In this document: piece by piece, positions 62,401 to 64,000 of the stretch
Layout of the letters: each line of letters begins with the position of its first letter
Numbering within the stretch: the first letter of the stretch is position 1
IMG/VR virus record: IMGVR_UViG_3300045988_081377
Span: 403 to 64,402 of that record
Origin: a virus
DNA length: 64,000 nucleotides
Reading direction: 5' to 3' (one strand)
Notes under the pieces: model-generated
Seen by the model: the letters and a program-made list of their open reading frames with translations, nothing else
Told to the model about the DNA's origin: nothing
Database searches by the model: none
Position numbers and translations under genes: made by a program

Positions 62401-64000
62401 CCCTCTCCTTAAAGCAGAGTCGGCAAAGGAACAGCAGAGGTTTAAAGATAACTTTAAGAAGCTGGGCAGTTTCATTAAGGCTAATGGGTTTAATATTGTC
62501 TCCCGTAAGATGGGGCAGTATGTCAGCGGACAGACGCATACTCATAAGAGGTCTATTGTTCTTAATACACAGAATAAAGAAATCAGAAAAGATAACGGTA
62601 TGTATGTGGGCATATCCGCCAACGAAAGTGTTACCACTAACGTTCATGAAATGCTGCATGCTGCTATGAGTCTGATAACTATTCCTGAACGTATTCTTCA
62701 CTTTGACAGCAACTTCAATGTGGTGAACAGTGACACGCTGACAGACTCCGTTGAAAGGGCTAACCCAAGAGTAAGGGTGAATTCCAACAAAGCAACACTC
62801 AATCGAGATGATATCATCGACTTTGCTAATGATTGCTTTGCCTCTCCTCTTAACCTCGACCCGATGAGTGCGTTAGGTAAGATAACCTCATGGACTATGA
62901 GTAATCCGCCTAACACTACGGCTATGTCAGCAGCGTTACAGGTGCTGGATAAGATGGGAATGGTTGGGCAGCATGATGATACTTTGTGTTTAGACTTGTC
63001 TCCTCATAAAGTATTGGCAGTGTTTAATAGCCTGATGGGTAACTCCGCCCCTATTGAAGGGACGACTACCACATCTGCTGACGTTAAGTCTGCTATTGGG
63101 TACCTGTACGTATCACAGTATGTAAACTTTACTGATGGACACCTTTCTCCGGTAGCGTCGTATGCTTTTGAAGAAGCTATGAACTATCAGCTGGAGCCGG
63201 GGAACCTTGATACACTCGGACATCTTGCTAAGCTTAGTGACCTGATGGAAGCATTAAGTCCTAACATGGAACGCCAGATGAAGAGCGGTATTGGTCTTGC
63301 ATCTGTGTATGTATCCGACAGCAACAACACTCCTGATATCGTTCAGGAACGTGGGGCTATGAAAGTGGAAGCGTCACCGGCAAGGTCCCCAAGAATGTTT
63401 GGCGATAATAAAGAAACAAAACGCAATCACTTTGTACCGTACACAGGCTGGAAAGAAAAGCCCGGACTTAATCACGATACAGAGGCGGCTAAGAAGTTTA
63501 ACAAGATTGTTAAGATGATGGAAGAGAACTCCAAGACACCAGCAGGAAGAGTTATCAACAACCTTAACGTACTTGCCTACAAGCTTAGAACAAGTGGAAG
63601 CCTGCATTATAACCCTAACCAGCTTGAGTCGGTTGACAGAACCCCATCACTGGCTGATTGGATACATCAGGGAACACAGCAGGCAAGCGTACTTCTTCAT
63701 AATAAACTGAAAGAGGTATTACCGCAGGCAGAGCTGCGCTCCCTTGAAGTTGGAATACAGCGTGCAATGGTAATCCAGCAGCAGGGTACAGAGAAGATGG
63801 CACAGCTAATCAAAGACATTAAGGATGAACTCACTGTCAGAAAGAAAAGTAAATTCTGGGGAGACACCGTAGATAAGAAAGCCACAAGACAGTTAAGAGA
63901 AAGGTTGAACAGACTTGCCGCATTGGGTGATGAGAAGAGACGGTTTGCTTCTACGCACATGTTACTTCCTACGGAATATGCAGCTGCTTCCTATTGTCAG
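56435..64000 (+). CDS. Giant virion protein (>2522 aa, 3' end outside the window) with an HExxH zincin-like motif
   Basis: ATG at 56435 after 'AAGGGGG'. I read this frame codon by codon to nt 64000 without finding a stop. It is absent from the ORF track, presumably because no stop lies in the window. The other + ORFs here are in a different frame and all - ORFs are short. Gly/Ala-rich hydrophobic N-terminus. 'HEMLH' at 62645-62659. Confidence 0.8.
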   Translation, partial: MGFLKPDNGAQFAAFLNGADNSYNEALRQGWVPSKRDPNQGYLGNAWDSFTSGAESMAGSALSSIGAMTGSGLLSTGGAYLQQRGAEYADRQAIPAGLDIDYFTNPHGLASGIGQLAGSSSTTLVGLGAGAVAGAMGAAPAALTGIAIGSTALAGGTEFLSNLGEVYTNKKRDNGGAVYDGNIDANAWDSTVSDPAKVGELALTSAADAVVDRFMYKGGSALRGLISGGKQLAGAVAVDGGKVATDIAATSYKGLIGKKLLDRGVNALEEGVQEAWQQNIQNNIQDNKGQAFDFFGKAMSGTLGDDEKQAFNEAAIPSFFMGVPAGAYEVYTQHASPYTQSDIVAGAQPTQDAQPLNVIAPEPVDTQMLSDNMANIPTVNEDVYQANPYVGLPQVDNTTADINQMPVTSEENVGEYVPQDTRASVAEEAPVTIPMQEIAPQVEQTVEQAPEVNIEQKTRKAHMAIRELNKALIELQGQTDDTSNSMREQILSTVAALGDKYHVDVTPIIERATLNVGTQNNQIERNTRPAEERNETGRTESRDEGTTSTSPESQNVNTQNEEVKLQKRQAVLNEFNSVVSPPEKTVNEIAPQKINEGLPSERAVKQNEAKLLDEGVAGQVKENAPSVDSATVADVANDDVGYHYANRYGTANIMTRAETNRLLKEARSTDSKVADDAMNRLVISMLRPSFSSAFKNLNENTSIKDVAPYVYHAVRAGIRRYNPAYTVKVGGKEYSVSLDSLVGAFVRHARHRVENDRQNTIINEKGKVEERAPYKTGEVSAKDIIKEKQKYIKDNQESINSNDGIPDATKNALKAILAVDPDALPDEQLAKIVAAIDGLAASSGIKELSSDYVKQGEVKAAKPTGTAVPNTLVDGVFNTEVTPKYLSDAVKLPEKELVDTLMTLDNMAEVLPVFESHYGHIISKMKRIMGQVSPNVSKEVNERYAAQFKELWDSPIAGGEAFGVAMKKAAKEFNDSIKSVQAEVNKAKSHGILGAIVKTVDNNMVSGVASTKDFIKEIDSKYDLSTLDKSTVRVISRLLMARQRNMFKANADYSKRGYKVSSLDQVRETERGTMSGEQQAVNVVGDETKKGVASRGRAAFYDEENAQDFQSLRNLMNVLSIDNNIKTILDTHKEALSGQPVETSPITKGLFILDSLQQMREAMKYAKQDTELIDDIVREVAAFQQTRGFDPFEERKEYDSKLASAETRILKSLSGNTNLFRGVNDNERWLWDSTTKPTLFNEVTDAEKKALENFITSDELSNDPYSNRKGQGYNVHTIDKTNLRLKELGFDKEVGLLSDKLSLAYDARESIPEKDKLWGYDEKGQPRRLMNKYLRMVNAALDLCTGHIDLENDYFGVQKAKFSNSHQLCRQDFINFMAGFNREVLDIFAEDKAQVASIVQHYGAGHPSVTANGKRGQKNKSNEMLPAYKVTPVTSGAPSALDMHFQNFFNNAEKIRLAMALVKGDAMREAIVTHPESVVDNIVTAHKNATVYIGNQRMDSMYDIMAFLNTRRQMPMHIQVSGDNITITAGRNKEEAAKYIGNIMRMRQEALMPHRVSSRLNSEAVRNTNNHIKELSEKCDELAVDKTFKNYLKNNGMGYRANDSDTLKAVKYKAYRIGLIMDNKKNNNASDIYNSFTHDVLDWFNERFMGNNEQYNFTMEQVRPAADSAGRGHDERKIKVEAPSGNSVSGQKSEQNRRPTAANRRRIKEDVQGLLSLQESKRRAGVSGNGGQYADGSENNFPYAGLSSLLNDTDFVVPKGTEPVSYVSDVLSDVAITKNGAATLPFGIENALAKIVPSNLEPNMGQRKFDTALVYTRALLDGMVDKGVVDKKGMLELHKCLDTLIDNAPAHSSFVKNLMGQIVNMSSAMTEVEAPAPVAEAAPDVTTLPKEKKQEAVLFNIDNKTHTLDEAMTEVQNAVKQNKLNDSGMSDIIKRAEKDFGGKQWVFGVQQAKQVRDKLSKLIKLEYTLNPTSSIPLKNFKALQHIIKDPLLKAESAKEQQRFKDNFKKLGSFIKANGFNIVSRKMGQYVSGQTHTHKRSIVLNTQNKEIRKDNGMYVGISANESVTTNVHEMLHAAMSLITIPERILHFDSNFNVVNSDTLTDSVERANPRVRVNSNKATLNRDDIIDFANDCFASPLNLDPMSALGKITSWTMSNPPNTTAMSAALQVLDKMGMVGQHDDTLCLDLSPHKVLAVFNSLMGNSAPIEGTTTTSADVKSAIGYLYVSQYVNFTDGHLSPVASYAFEEAMNYQLEPGNLDTLGHLAKLSDLMEALSPNMERQMKSGIGLASVYVSDSNNTPDIVQERGAMKVEASPARSPRMFGDNKETKRNHFVPYTGWKEKPGLNHDTEAAKKFNKIVKMMEENSKTPAGRVINNLNVLAYKLRTSGSLHYNPNQLESVDRTPSLADWIHQGTQQASVLLHNKLKEVLPQAELRSLEVGIQRAMVIQQQGTEKMAQLIKDIKDELTVRKKSKFWGDTVDKKATRQLRERLNRLAALGDEKRRFASTHMLLPTEYAAASYCQ

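Noticed and set aside
1-64000. The idea that the window is a closed circle in which the giant ORF (56435..64000) continues into ORF 3..2954
   Set aside because: The giant ORF ends the window exactly on a codon boundary, so it would continue in frame 1. The ORF at the start is open in frame 3. Sequence is therefore missing between them, and they may or may not be one gene.
56435-64000. Virion-packaged RNA polymerase (N4 vRNAP-like or crAss-type two-barrel RNAP) within the giant ORF
   Set aside because: I could not find DxDGD/NADFDGD-like or T7-like catalytic motifs in the part I translated. Only HExxH stands out, so a polymerase cannot be claimed without profile searches.
1-64000. Lysogeny module, DGR/reverse transcriptase, toxin-antitoxin or restriction-modification genes
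   Set aside because: No integrase, repressor, RT, methyltransferase or similar motifs were recognisable in any ORF of the window. The absence applies only to this window and to manual inspection.

Overview
The window reads as a contiguous piece of a tailed dsDNA phage genome. It has no rRNA, no tRNA that I could recognise by eye, and no cellular housekeeping context. There are three transcription blocks.

(1) + strand, ~3.8-20.3 kb: replication, recombination and nucleotide metabolism. It contains a DnaE-type Pol III alpha with a PHP domain, a DnaG-DnaB primase-helicase fusion, a Rad52-like annealase, Cas4-like and Hjc-like PD-(D/E)XK nucleases, a class II-type ribonucleotide reductase interrupted by a 144-aa mini-intein, and a metallophosphatase.

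(2) - strand, 32.2 -> 20.3 kb: AT-rich, individually terminated early-like genes. These are followed by a tightly coupled operon encoding two beta-helix paralogs, a class-II (Ntn) glutamine-amidotransferase-like protein, two ~780-aa paralogs with C-terminal amidoligase (GS/GCS2-like) domains, and an SNF2 ATPase.

(3) + strand, 33.8-64 kb, probably continuing into 3-2954: morphogenesis and lysis. It contains a glutaredoxin-like protein, TerL, portal, scaffold, an SU10/HK97-type major capsid protein, three adaptor-like paralogs, fibres (one collagen-like), a truncated Cys/Met-family PLP enzyme inside the fibre module, two holin-like genes, a GH25 endolysin, Gly/Gln-rich internal proteins, an SLT-domain protein, and a giant ORF (>2522 codons, open to the window end) carrying an HExxH motif. 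I recognised no tail tube, sheath or tape-measure gene, so a podovirus-like virion is plausible but unproven.

Three large ORF-poor regions (2955-3971, 29577-30893, 32233-34353) carry consensus sigma70-type promoters, an array of related hairpins, a ~148-nt polypyrimidine tract, a recurring 'TTCAGTATATAATAGAGG' box upstream of late genes, twin-box elements with covarying hairpins, and other shared motifs.

The most promising candidate for an undescribed system is the amidoligase/GAT-II/SNF2 operon. The next candidates are the PLP enzyme in the tail module and the conserved non-coding elements.

All calls come from manual reading of the sequence and the supplied ORF translations. No searches were run. 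Hand-counted coordinates of short motifs may be off by 1-2 nt.
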